In this document: piece after piece, positions 52,224 to 64,000 of the stretch
Position numbering within the stretch: position 1 is the first letter of the stretch
How the letters are laid out: each line of letters starts with the position of its first letter
NCBI GenBank assembly: GCA_013239625.1
Contig: MU053629.1
Location: forward strand, 1,577,567 to 1,641,566
Length of the DNA: 64,000 nucleotides
Reading direction: 5' to 3'
Source of the DNA: Lama guanicoe
Taxonomy: Eukaryota
Translations under genes and position numbers: made by a program
Notes under the pieces: generated by a model
Database searches by the model: none
What the model saw: the letters and a program-made list of their open reading frames with translations, nothing else
Told to the model about the DNA's origin: nothing

Positions 52224-53209
52224 CCTGTGTTTCTACTTTGAAACAGAAAAGCAGAAGCAGCTTTGAAAGCCCAGCCGGGAGCCCCAGGCTCCTCTCCGTT
52301 TAAGCAGCTGCCAGAAACAAGCGATAAAACCATATATGAGGGCACCCGAACTGAAAGTGCACTTTGGGTCTGATTTGTCCTTCGTACTCAGACTCATAGG
52401 CTCTGCTGCTGCCTCTGCCTCCCCTCCAGGTCTCTCCGTCTCCTCTTCTATCTGTTGAAGCCACTGAGCACTTCAGTACCTGTCCTGGGCCTGTGCTGTT
52501 CGCCCTCCATGTCATTCCTCTTTCTCCCCTGCTCTGGTCTGTTTTCTAGGAGGTGACCCCTGCAGCCTGTGTTTCCCAGGCTCCTGGATCAGCTGGCGTC
52601 TGTCATATTTGGCCAGTGGGAAGCAATGGAGGGAGATGGAAAAAGCCAGGCTATTCATCCCCAACAGACACACAGAAAGATAGACGCACATGCACACACA
52701 CACATGCACCTCTGACTGCATCTCTGATTTTCCCTCTGTTCTTCTGGCTTTTATTGGTGTCCCTGTTTCCTGTGCCCTGGCAGCCTCCTCCCACTGACCT
52801 TCTGACCTAAGACTAGAGACGGCTTCCTGCTGTGGCTAATCTCTGAGTTGCATCATCTTCCCCACTGGTTTCTTGGTTCTTCCATCACTTTTGTACCCAG
52901 TTCTCTTTTTTAACATCTCTCCATTTTAACTATTCAAAGTAGTGTTGGTTTCCAAACCAGACATAACCAATACAGGTGTTGTTACCCTTTCGGCTGTCAT
53001 GCTTCAAGAACCCCATATTGATCTAGAAGTCCTAAATTCCCTCAGACTAAGTATTGATTTTCCCATCTAATAGCCTTGACAACTGATTAGAAAATTGCTT
53101 TTTGTTTCCTACAATCTCTGAGAAGGAAGACATGGGTCCATCAGACCCACAAGAAGGCAAGGGTGAGATCCAGTTGCATTCAATTCAGCGAAATTTTACT
53201 TGGTTCCCA

Positions 53210-54560
53210 ACATTCATTCATTCATTCACCAAATATTTATTGAGCCCCACTACATTCCAGGCACTGTTGGAGGACTGGGGATATCGCAGTGAACACAACA
53301 CAGTCTTTGCCTTCATGGAGTCTGTGTGCTAGTTGAGGAGGGGCACAACAAACAAATAAGCAAGTAAATCTATAGCATATCAGATGGTGATGAGAGCGAC
53401 AGAGAGAATACAAAGCTGGGTAAAGGCGTGGGGAGTGCCTAGGAGGACACTGCCCTTTTAAATGGGTGACTGGAGGGTCCCTCCATGCGGTGACGTTGAG
53501 CAGAGATCTCCGTGCACTGAGAGGGTGAGCCTGGTGGATATCCGAGAGAGAAGGATGGCAGGTGGAGGGAAGAGCAAGTACAAAAGTAGATCCCAAGAAG
53601 CAGTGGTCTTAACATGTTCAAATAACAGCAGGGAGACAAGGATGGTTGGAGTGGACTGAACATGGGAGAGAGTGACGGGAAAGGAAGAAGGAGAAAGCGC
53701 AGTGGGAGGAAAATCCTTGGAGCATTGGAAGTCAAGGTAAGAATTTTGCTTTTCCACTAGCGGGTTTTAAACAAATGAGTGCCCTGATCTGGCTTATAGT
53801 TTTGAAAAACCACTCTGGCTGCAGCATTGTCTTTAGAAAAAAAAAATGGTGAGAGGGAGGGAGGTAATTAGATTTATTTATTTATTTATTTATTTATTTA
53901 TTGAAGGCACTGGGGATTGAACCCAGGGCCTTGTGTATGATAGGCATGCACTCTACCACTGAGCTTCACCCTCCTCCTTTGCAGCATTGTGAATAGACTA
54001 GAGGTGGGCAAGAATTGAAGCAAGGAGATCTATTTAGGTAACCAAGAACAATAACCTGGGGAGAGGTGATGATGGCTTGGACCAGGATGGAAGTGGTAGA
54101 GATGGTCATAGGAGGTTGCATTCTGAATGTATTTTACGGGTAGAGTCAACAGGATTTGTTGATACACAGTATAAAAGAAGGGCTCACAGATGACTCGACT
54201 ATTAGACATGGGCAACTGTGAGGATGCAGTTGCCATTTGTTAAGATGGGGAAGAGTTTGGGAGAGAAGGTTAGAAGTCTGGTTTTGGACACGTTGGTGTG
54301 AGATGCCTGTCAGCTAACCAGGTGGATGTGTCAAGCATGCTGTTGGATATGAGCAAGTCTGGAATTGATAGGAAGGATCTGAGCTGGAGATGTAAAGTTG
54401 AGAATCATCAGAAAACAGATGATATTTGACATCATCAGACTGGATGGGGTTGCCTAGGGAGTTGGTGGCTGTGAGAGGAGGAGAGGTCTGAGGACTGAGC
54501 CCTATGCAGGCCTGCGTTTAGAGGTCAGGAAAATGTGGAAGAGCCAGGAGAGGAGGCTGA
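53210..54560 (-). mobile_element. L2 fragment (with SINE insertion)
   Basis: CATTCATTCATTC..AAATATTTATTGAGC 3' end and colinear L2 motifs. Confidence 0.8.
53831..53979 (-). mobile_element. tRNA-derived SINE
   Basis: Reverse A/B boxes, (TTTA)n; TSD TGCAGCATTGT (53820-53830, 53980-53990). Confidence 0.9.
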
Positions 54561-54622
54561 GAGGTGGTGTGTGTGTTTGTGTGTGCGCACAAGAGAGAGA
54601 ATGTCCCTGTTGGTGACTGCAG

Positions 54623-55080
54623 TCTGAGTCCATGCCTGTCTAAAGGTCCTGTAACTGTGGGTTTGTGTGGCAGAGGAAAGCCACATGGACTTGGAATCTG
54701 CAGGCAAAATTCCAGGCTTGCAGTATGAGTTCAGTGAACTCCAGAGGAAACATTTATAAGCTGAGTTCAATGACCTCTCTGAGAAGGCCCCGTCACTTGA
54801 GTTCAAGAAAGTCCTGTTGGACCTGAGTCCAGTAGCCTTCCCCGGACATCCTCACGGTCAGTCAGTACATCTCCTGAGAAGTCCCCAGCCGGAATCTGAG
54901 AGTCCCTGAGGAGCCTTGCAGCCTGAATTAGTGCATTTCCCCAAAAGGTCCCACAACCTCAGTTCAGTCACTTCCCCAGGATGTCCTCAGAGCCTGGGTT
55001 CTGAGCATTTCTCGAAGAGCCCTGCAACCTGAGTTCAAAACATTTCAGAAGAAGTCCCTTGCAGCCTGGACCCCAGTATG
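54623..55080. repeat. Degenerate ~36-bp tandem array (about 11-13 units)
   Basis: CCTGAGTTCA-like unit starts at 54724, 54760, 54796, 54822, 54922, 54957, 54993, 55028, 55065. Confidence 0.75.
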
Positions 55081-56959
55081 TCCCACTCCCAGGACAGTGG
55101 TCGCACAGGAGGTTGTCAAGGGTAAGGAAGGACAGAGGGAAGAGGGCTTGGGACTGACCTCTGAGGAAACCCCACATTTACAGGAAGGGCAGAGTGAGGA
55201 GGTGGCGGAGCGGTCAGAGCTGGGAGAACCGCTGGCGTGGGATGCCATGAGCCACGGGGAAAGCCAGCGCTGATGCAGGAGAGGCGCCCACTGACTGTGG
55301 TCATGGAGGCCACTCAGTGACCACGACAGGGAAGGGGGTAGCAAGAGAGGAGTGATGAATCTGTGCTGCATCTCGGCGGACTGAGGAATAACAAGAAAGG
55401 AGGAAGCAGAGAGAGTTGTGGGTCCCTTCACAAAGTTTGATCAGGAGGGTGGCCTGTTTGTCCTCAGAGGAGAGCAGGTGATGGGGCACAAAGGACAGCA
55501 CAAGTCACCGTGATCCAAAGTAGGGGAGGGAGGGCAGGCGAGGAGCTGCAAGGGTTAGAGGCGTTTCTGCAATTTCCCTTGCCTTGTTTAGGCACCGGTA
55601 AACCCACTTTCCAGCTACTCCCGGCTACTTAGCTCCAAGGAACCTCTCTGCCTTGGCAGAAAGCAACACAACATGCTGGGAAACCCTCAGCCTTTAGGGC
55701 TGGCAGATTTAAGTTTGAAACTCTACCTGGCCACTTTCTCATAGAGCATCCTTGCTCAGCCTCAGTTTTCTCATCTATAAAGCGGTGTCTTTGTAGGGAT
55801 TAAATGAAACAGCATTGTAAATGTAGTTAATGCTCTGAACTGTACATTTAAAAAAATGCTTAAAATGACTAATTTTATATTATATACATTTTACCACAAT
55901 TTTTAAAGATTAATAATGGAACATACCAAAAAGTATCGAGTTAGACACTTTCAATGTTTGTACTGTACGGTATGTGAATTACATCTCAATAAAGCTGTTT
56001 AAAAAAACACTCCTGTAATCTACCTACAATTGCAGTCTGGAGAAGCTGGAAAAGTCATAGGGGAAGCAGGCAGAGAGGAGAGAGGATGGGTGTTGGATGC
56101 CCACTACCTGAGTTCAAGCCCCCCTCAAGCCTCTCACTAGCTATGTGACCTCGGACAAGTAACCAGCAGTAACCTTGGTAAACTCGCATTCACCCTTTCA
56201 CCCAAGATCCAGTCACAAGCCAAAGCAACTTCATTCCAATGCCAGACCAAGTGTGGGCAGCAAGAAATTGAGCCACAGCTAAAGGCATTCACCACGCATT
56301 CTCTGGGTTAGCCAAGCAGGCAACGTGTCTTCTTCCTGGCGCCTTCACAAACATCTTTCTTCCTCCTTCATGCAGCCCAGCAGTGTGGACCTGCAACCGT
56401 TAGATGTGTGTCCTGAATGGGAACTAATTCCTGTGAGTGGAAAAGAGCATGGAGCACACAGGAAAACCTAATATTACTAACTGTGTAGTCTTAGGATTGT
56501 TTTTCTAGGAGATCTGTTCCATGAAAATATTTACAAGAGGGAAGCTATTTCAGAAAACCATGTTGTCCACTTACAAAAATCTCAAATGCTTCTTTACACT
56601 CATGCATACATTCAGTTCCCACCTCTCCCTGCCACCCCAGGCACTTATCACAGTTAGCTTTTAATTTGTATGAGCAGAGATGTATATAACCTATATTTTG
56701 TTTTTGTGAGTGCCTTTGGAATGCATTTTACTTTGGTCATTATATAAAGGTATCTGACGGAAATTCAGGAAGAGTTCAAAATCCTTGGTTCCTATTGGAA
56801 CTCTATGTCCTATGTGTGTCTAAATGTCAATAACTGACACAAAGTCCAACTCAAACTGACTCAAGCAAAAAGAGGGAATGTATTGGCTCACATGATTAGA
56901 AAGTCCAGAGATAATGCTAACTTCAGGTATGGCTTGATCTAGAAGTTCAAACAGTATCA

Positions 56960-57815
56960 ATGTGCCAACAGGCACATGAAAAAATGCTCAATATCATTAT
57001 TCATCGGAGAAATGCAAGTCAAAACCACAGTGAGATATCGCCTCACACCTGTCAAAATGGCTATCACCAAAAAGAGCACAAATAACAAATGTTGGCAAGG
57101 TTGTGGAGAAAAGGGAACACTGTTGGTTGGACTGTAAATTCAGGAAGCTACTCTGAAAAACTGTATGAAAGTTCCTCAAAAAAACTAAAAATAGAACTAC
57201 TGTAAGATCCAGCAATTCCGCTTCTGGGTATATACCCAAAGGAAATGAAAACCCTAATTCAAAAAGATACATGCACCTCAGTGTTCATAGCTGCATAATT
57301 AACAATAGCCAAGATATGGAAGCAACCTAAGTGTCCATCAACAGATGACTGGATAAAGAAGATGTATTAGATATAGATATAGATAAAATAGAATATTACC
57401 CATCCATGAAAAAGAATGAAATTGTGCCATTTGCAACAATGTAGATAGAACCAGAGGGTATTATTTGGTAAACTAAGTCAGAGAAAGACAAATACTCTGT
57501 TATCATTTATACGTGAAATCTAAAAAATAAAACAAATGTATATGACAAAACAGAAATGGACTCACAGATACAGAGAACAAACTAGTGGTTACCAGTAGGG
57601 AGAGGGAAGGGGAGAGGACAAGATAGGGGTAGGGGATTAAAAGATACAAACTACTATGTATAAAATAAATAAGTAGGAAGAATGTATTGTACAGGGAAAT
57701 AGAGCCACTATTTTGTAATAGCTTTAAATGCAGCATAATCTATAAAATATTAAATCACTATGTTGTACATCTGAAATTAAATTGTAAGTCAACTATACTT
57801 CAATTTTTAAAAATA
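56960..57815 (+). mobile_element. L1 3' fragment
   Basis: CAACAGGCACATGAAAAAATGCTCA..AACTATACTTCAAT. Confidence 0.9.
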
Positions 57816-58719
57816 GTTAAAAATTTAATGATATATTGAGTTATTGCCTGTGAAGAGCTGTTCAGAAATTGTGCCAACTTACTGCTAAAGTGATCTTTCA
57901 TTTGTTTGTAAATACTAACCTCTATGTACACGGTTTATCATTTAATTTCACACTAAATGTTGTAATTAAAGGGGCCAAGATCTCCAGGTTGCTTCAGGAA
58001 GAGCTTCAAAGAGCACCTGTTGAGTCTCTGGGACCCTGGGTCTGGTCCTAGTTTTAGAGGTTGTCAAACTCCATCTGCAGAGCTCACGCATGGGAACCAA
58101 GCTCTGGAGAATCGAAGCCCTGGCTCCAGACTCCTGAGAGACTGACTGAAAAACAGGAAGGCCAGTTGATCCATTTATCAATGGGGACACACCAAGGATC
58201 CTGGGGCAGAGCCCTCACCTTGCTGGGCACCTGGCAAGCAAACAGGAAGAGCACAGGGTGCTCTTTGTCGTTCAGTTACTTCCTCCTGACAGTCCTTCCT
58301 TGGCCTGGTTCATTTTATTGTGGAATGAAAGTCAATGGCTTACAACAGAGAGTAAATAAGAAGTATTATAAAATGATAAATTGGAAACACTTGCTATTTT
58401 TTGTTTTCTCTAATTTGGCCTCTGGTAAGGCCAAAGTTCTGTTTGTTTTTGTGAAACAGATGTATATACACATGGTTTAAAGTGTTCAATTGTTCTCCAA
58501 AGCGTGTTAAGAAAAACAGCGGTCCCCGCCACTCCTGTTTTTCATTTCCCTGAGGAACTACTTTCAATCCTTGTGGTGGAGGCCGTTTCTTCTTTGTATC
58601 TTCCTCTTCTGACATTGTACAGATTAGAAAGTAGGAGTCCTAGGTGAGGGTCCCAATTTTTTTGATTGACTTTTCTTTAACTGAATGAAAAATTCTTTAA
58701 ATTCTATAGTGATTTATAG

Positions 58720-58829
58720 TGTTCAAATTTGTCTGACTTATTTCACTTAGCATAATGCCCTCTAAGTCCATTCATGTTGCTGCAAATGGCAAATATTCAT
58801 CCTTTTTTATGGCTGAGTAGTATTTCAGA

Positions 58830-58867
<38 letters not shown>

Positions 58868-59790
58868 ATACCCCACATCTTCTTTATCCATTCATCTGTT
58901 GATGGACACTTACATTGTTTCCGTATCTTGGCAATTGTAAATAATGCTGCTATGAATGTTGTATGAATGTATCCTTTCAAATTTGTGGTTTTGGGTCACC
59001 AGTTTACATTCCTAAAACAGTGGACGAGGGTTCCCTTTTCTCAACATCCTCAGAGGGCCCCAATTTTGATGGTTGCTCTAATAAACAAATGTAAATACTG
59101 CATCCTAACCACTTCACCACAGCTAATTGGTTCATATTTCTCTACGACTGCAAAGTACTTTCCTCTACATTATACTGCCTCTTTCTTTAAAAAAACTTAC
59201 CATTTTTATTGCAGTAAAACATAACATAACATAAAATTTATTATCTTAACCACTTTTGAGTGTACAGTTCAGTGGCATTAAGTGCATTCACATTGTTGTG
59301 CAACCATCATCACCATCCACCTTCAAAACTTTTTCATCATCCTGTGCTGAAACTCAGTAGCTATTAAATAATAACTCCCCATTCCCCTCTCCTCTAGCCC
59401 CTGGTCACCACGATTCTACTTTATTTCTCTTTGAATTTGCCTATTCTAGGCACTTCATATAAGTGGAATCATACATTTGTCCTTTTGTGTCTGGTTTATC
59501 TCACTTAGCACACTGTTTTCAAGGCTCATCAATGTTATAGCATGAATTGGAATTTCATTCCTTTTTTAGGATATTATCCCACTGTATGTATGTACAACAT
59601 TTGCTTATTCATTCATCGGTCGATGGACTTTTGGGTTGTTTCCACCTTTTGGCTATTGTGAACAATGACGCTATGAACATGGGTATACAAATATCTCTTC
59701 GAGTCCCTGCTTTCAGTTCTTTTGAGTGTATGCCTAGGAGTGGAATCACTGGATCATACAGTAATTCTATGCTTAATTTTTTGAGGAGGC
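58720..59790 (-). mobile_element. Two minus-strand L1 3' fragments
   Basis: ORF 59609..59872 ([20 protein letters not shown]) and reverse L1 3' motifs. Confidence 0.85.
58834..58865. repeat. (TG)n microsatellite
   Basis: About 16 GT units. Confidence 0.95.
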
Positions 59791-61119
59791 TACCTCGTTG
59801 TTCTGACAACAATTCTATGACAGAGCTAAGGCAGGTACTAAGACAACTGTCCCCATGAATAAGACAGGACACTCAAAGCTTGTGGGAACGTAGAGCTGGG
59901 ATTTGAACTGGTCCTCTTGCTCTAAGTCTACGCGTCTCTCCCCCATGCTGTTTCCTATATGGTATTGGTCTTCTTCAGCCTGTAACACCTGACCAGGAGT
60001 GTCACATAAATATTTCTTTTCCTCCAGAACATGTAGAAGACCATTTATGTAGGCTGCCACTTTTTTTTTTCTGCCATCATCATTAGCATTTACCACTGGT
60101 ACGTGAACGGTCTATTATAGTTCGCAACCCAGAGCTCACTTCACTTCCATTTACACCAGCTTCATGATGAGGTGATGATGGAATGTGGGAGCCTCATCAT
60201 TACATTAGGGAAGAGAATGTGTCTTTGCAAAGATTCATGTCTATGCTATATTAACCCTTAGATCCCTGGTTGGGGGGCCTCTTTTGACAGATTTTGGGCC
60301 CCCTCTGCTCCAGATCGATTGCACTAACATAACTCATGGAATTGAAATAATAATTTTCAAGCAGCTGCCACATGTTAGGAAGTGCAGCAAGGGCTTTGCA
60401 CATATTATCTTCTGTACTCTACCTGTAATATCCTGAGAGATGGGGAACATCTCCCTTTTAAAGAAACAAATGCTAGAACATCAAGCTACTTGCCTGAGAG
60501 AACGCCCAGGATTTGATGGGTACCACCGCCTGTGCCCCTGTTTCCCCACCCACCCACCTCCTTCCCAAGGAAATGGTTTTATACCCTATCTTGTCACTAT
60601 GTAAACCATCTTAATCTAATGTTCATCAGATTCATTAGTGGGAAAAGATGGATTTTTTTTAATTGATGACTTTTCCTGCCTCAAGTTCAGACTCGATTTC
60701 TAACTGGTAAACTTTCTCTTTCTCATTCTCTTAGGCCACCTTCTATAGGACCAGCCATGCGCTGTTTAAGTCCTAGTTATTTGTGCCCATTTTTATTCCC
60801 CCTTCTTATTCAGGGTAGGAATGGGGTGCTATTGAACCCCTATGGGACCTGGCATGTCATAGGTGACCAAGAACTTTAGGTTTCTGGGCTAAGGCCAAGT
60901 GTCCCTTTTTAGCTACTTCTTGTGGATCCGTGTTGAAAGAAGGAATAGATACATGAAAAATAAAGTTGACCCTGGAGAGTATCCTTCTGGGTCTCCTCTA
61001 CCAAACTGTAACTCTCCTCAGTGTTCTCTGCTTCAAAATAGTCGGGGGCCGGCAGGTCATGGGGACTATTGGAGGCGGCAGCTGAGGAAGGGAGAGGAAG
61101 CCAATAAAACACAACTAGA

Positions 61120-61330
61120 AGCTCAAGGTCCTAAGTTGAAACCCTCATTCAGTCACTCATTATGTAGCCTTGCGTGAGTCACTTAACCTTTCTGAGTTGC
61201 ATTTTCCTCATTTGTGAGAAAAGAGTAACAGCCCCTGCCTCAAGGGGTGGCTGTGAGCATTAAATGAAACCGTGGGTGTGAAAGAGCACAGCCTCCAGCA
61301 CGCAGGAGACGCCGGATGAACACTTGATAA
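61120..61330 (+). mobile_element. MIR SINE
   Basis: GTCACTTAACCTTTCTGAG..TTTTCCTCATTTGT..ATTAAATGA. Confidence 0.7.
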
Positions 61331-63199
61331 ACAAATGGGTGAAAGATCTGGGAGACGTGTACAGTATAGAATCTGTTTAAAGAAGTGCAGTTTTTAAAAA
61401 TTTCATGCAGTGCTTTTCATCTTTTGGCTCAATAAATGACATTAAGCAATACATGAAGTTTGTCAGTGAATAATTATGACTCACAGTGGAAATGCCAAGC
61501 CTTTAAAACCTAACAGCCAATTACTGGATCGAGCATCAAAGATACATGAAAAGACTTTTTTAAAAAAAATTTCCATAGTCTAGGACATGCCAGAGTTGTG
61601 TGGGAGACAGAGCCCTTGATTGCCAATAAGATTCTGAACAATCACAGTGGAAACGTTTTCTTTTCCACAGCATCAAATGAGAATCCTATATCTTGTATTA
61701 GGGCCAATCAAGACATCAGACTCTAAATGACTTTGGTGATCTTGGCCCTAAAGATTGCAGGCAAATCCCCCAAAGCTTCAGTCTCTAGGTTCTTCCCCTG
61801 AGGGGCTGGAGTCTGCACAGATGCCTCCCGCCCACCCTCGGAGCTGTTTACTGCTGCAGGCGCCTACCCTCCCCTTCTGGAAGGGAGCTCCCCACTCTCT
61901 CACACCCGACCTGCAAGCCCCGGGCCTGAGGTCCCCCAGGGCCTCCATCCTCCCAGCCTGAGGCGCTGTCCAAATGCTGAGCGCTGGGAGCCTCTGCTGC
62001 CTCCCAAAACTACCCCGGGAGCTGTCCAGCCTGGGAGCCAGGCGCGTCTCAGAGCTCAGGCAGCACTGGAAGAGCATGGGACCCAGAGACCGAGCCATGC
62101 TAGGGCAGCCAGGAGGGCAACTTGGAGGCCATGCCCATGTGCAAAGGAGGAAACTGAGGCTCAGAGGGGACAAAAGTTGGCTCCGGGACACACAGCCCAG
62201 CAACAAAGACGCAAGTAGGTCTTTTGCCTCTGAGGCCTGGGCTCCTTCCATGTTGCCACACTGTGGACTCTCACCTCCCCCATCCTCCACTCTTCATAGA
62301 CTAGTGGCTGTTGGACACACACCTATCATTAACAATGAGGCTCACTTACACAGCCCTTTACAACATGTGCTTTTCGTTATTTCATTTATTTAATATCACT
62401 ACACTGTAATTAGCTATAACGTCATCAGAAACTCCATTTTCCAGATGCAGAAACTGAGGCACAGAGACCTGCCTTGGGGACTGGGGCCAGTAGCAAGAGG
62501 ACTGGGTCAGGGAAGGCTGCCCAGGAGAGGAGACAACCGAGCTGGACTGGGAAGAAGGCATCCACTAAGAGGGTGAGGACCCTGTAGGCAGAGGGACCCG
62601 CAGGCACAAGGGCCTGGGTTTATTTGGGGCAGGGGAGTGAAGAGACAGACAGAGGCAGAGAATAGCATGGCAGGAGCATGAGGTGAGGTCGAAATTATGG
62701 GCAGGGTAAGGGCTGGGGCTTTCCTTACAGCCATCCCCAAAGTCTTCCTCTGAGGGAAGGTATCTGGTCGTCCTGGGGGCAACAGATGAGCTGGACCTCA
62801 GCCCGATGCACTTGGTAGCAGAGCTTGCCTTTGCCTGAGAGTCTTCCCTGACGGCGTTCCCCAGGCGGTGCATTTCCAAATACCCTGTAAATTCCCCAAA
62901 GTAAGAATGCCATCTGTCCTTCTGGGGTCTCTGTCCTCCCCTCCCCAGGGCTGAATCAGGGCTGCAGCCCCACGTAGTCTATGATAAAGGCTCAAGGGCC
63001 TGGCTGCTCAAGCACAAGCCCTCAGGCCACAGCCTGGGGGCCCACACTCCTGCCTTCTTGCGTGTATGGTTGGGGGACTTGATGGAAGGGCTGCGAGGAG
63101 GGAGGTCGCTGTGGTGAACTTGCCTCCGGGTGGGGTATGACAAGGGAGCTGATGTTCGTGGAATATTTCCTGGGCACCTGATTCCATTCCAAACACTTT

Positions 63200-63360
63200 T
63201 TTTGTTGTTGTTGCTGTTTTGTTTTTTTGGGTGTTTTTTTTTTTTCAGTGGGGGACGTAACTCAGTTTGTTTGTTTATTTAATGGAAGTACTGGGACTTG
63301 AACCCAGGGCTTTAAGCATGCTAAGTATGTGCTCTACCACTGAGTTATACCCTCTCCACC
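63200..63360 (-). mobile_element. tRNA-derived SINE
   Basis: Reverse A/B boxes, T-rich tail; 16-bp TSD CCATTCCAAACACTTT (63184-63199, 63361-63376). Confidence 0.92.
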
Positions 63361-64000
63361 CCATTCCAAACACTTTAAATATGCTGTTTTATTGGAATTT
63401 CTCAACAATTTTCTTTTTTGCAGTTGAGGAAGCCGAGGCTAAGAGAGGTGAGACACCTTGCCCAAGGTGTTTGCTCTGAGGCCATACTTCCCATAGGCTG
63501 CTCCCCATGGGGACACCAAGACAGATCTGGAAATCAGGGGACTCCTTAGAAGGAGGGGCTTTGGCTCAAGGACACCCATCAGCCTTCCTCACCTTCCTTA
63601 GACCTGTAACAGCCTAAACTGCCCCGCCAGGCCTGCCTGCCTTCCCTCTCTCTCCCACATGGGTCAGACCTGCCTTGAGGTCTGCTGGCCTTCCCAGCCT
63701 CTCCCCATTTTTGTCCACAGACATTTGCCTAATAAATCTCTACACATATAAATAAGACTTGAAAGAGCCAGGCCAGCAGAGTCTCGCTGCCTCCACAGCT
63801 GGTGAGCAGCTGGCTGGATTTAGGCCAACTCATACTCACTTCTCCGCCACCTGCTATGACACCCCGGGTCCGGGATGAACCTGGAGCCAGCTGCCTGGTT
63901 CTCTTTCACCATGTGCGTGACAGGGTTCCTCAGCCGTCCTGCCTCCACAGCTCACTTCCCTCCAGAGGGGCTGCCTCTGCGATTGCAGGGAACTCGAGCA

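Noticed and set aside
54623..55080. CRISPR array
   Set aside because: Mammalian context, no identical repeats with unique spacers, no cas genes
60164..60260. C/D box snoRNA
   Set aside because: RTGATGA boxes present but no CTGA D box at a suitable distance
61778..62393. 170-aa and 139-aa ORFs
   Set aside because: GC-rich sequence overlapping a MIR fragment; no coding features recognised

Overview
Mammalian genomic DNA, most likely a camelid (inferred from tRNA-derived SINEs starting GGGGAGGGTATAGCTCAG and the L1 3' UTR type). A CpG-island promoter at about 35.2-36.3 kb splits the window. To its left is AT-rich sequence full of + strand L1 fragments, which reads as the long first intron of a minus-strand gene whose first exon lies at about 35,643-35,770; this is tentatively HERC1, recognised from memory and unverified. 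To its right is more GC-rich, MIR/L2/LTR-rich sequence that looks intergenic. No intact protein-coding exon was found. The only recognisable host-protein sequence is a disrupted, intronless INIP (SOSS-C) retrocopy at about 2.8-3.7 kb. The long ORFs are L1 ORF2 fragments or chance ORFs. I found no convincing new biological system. The items most worth checking are a degenerate ~36-bp tandem array at 54.6-55.1 kb, the INIP retrocopy, a triple nested L1 reusing one target site, a young L1 with only in-frame differences, and a candidate divergent (antisense) exon beside the promoter. Repeat family names are by eye and boundaries without TSDs are approximate.
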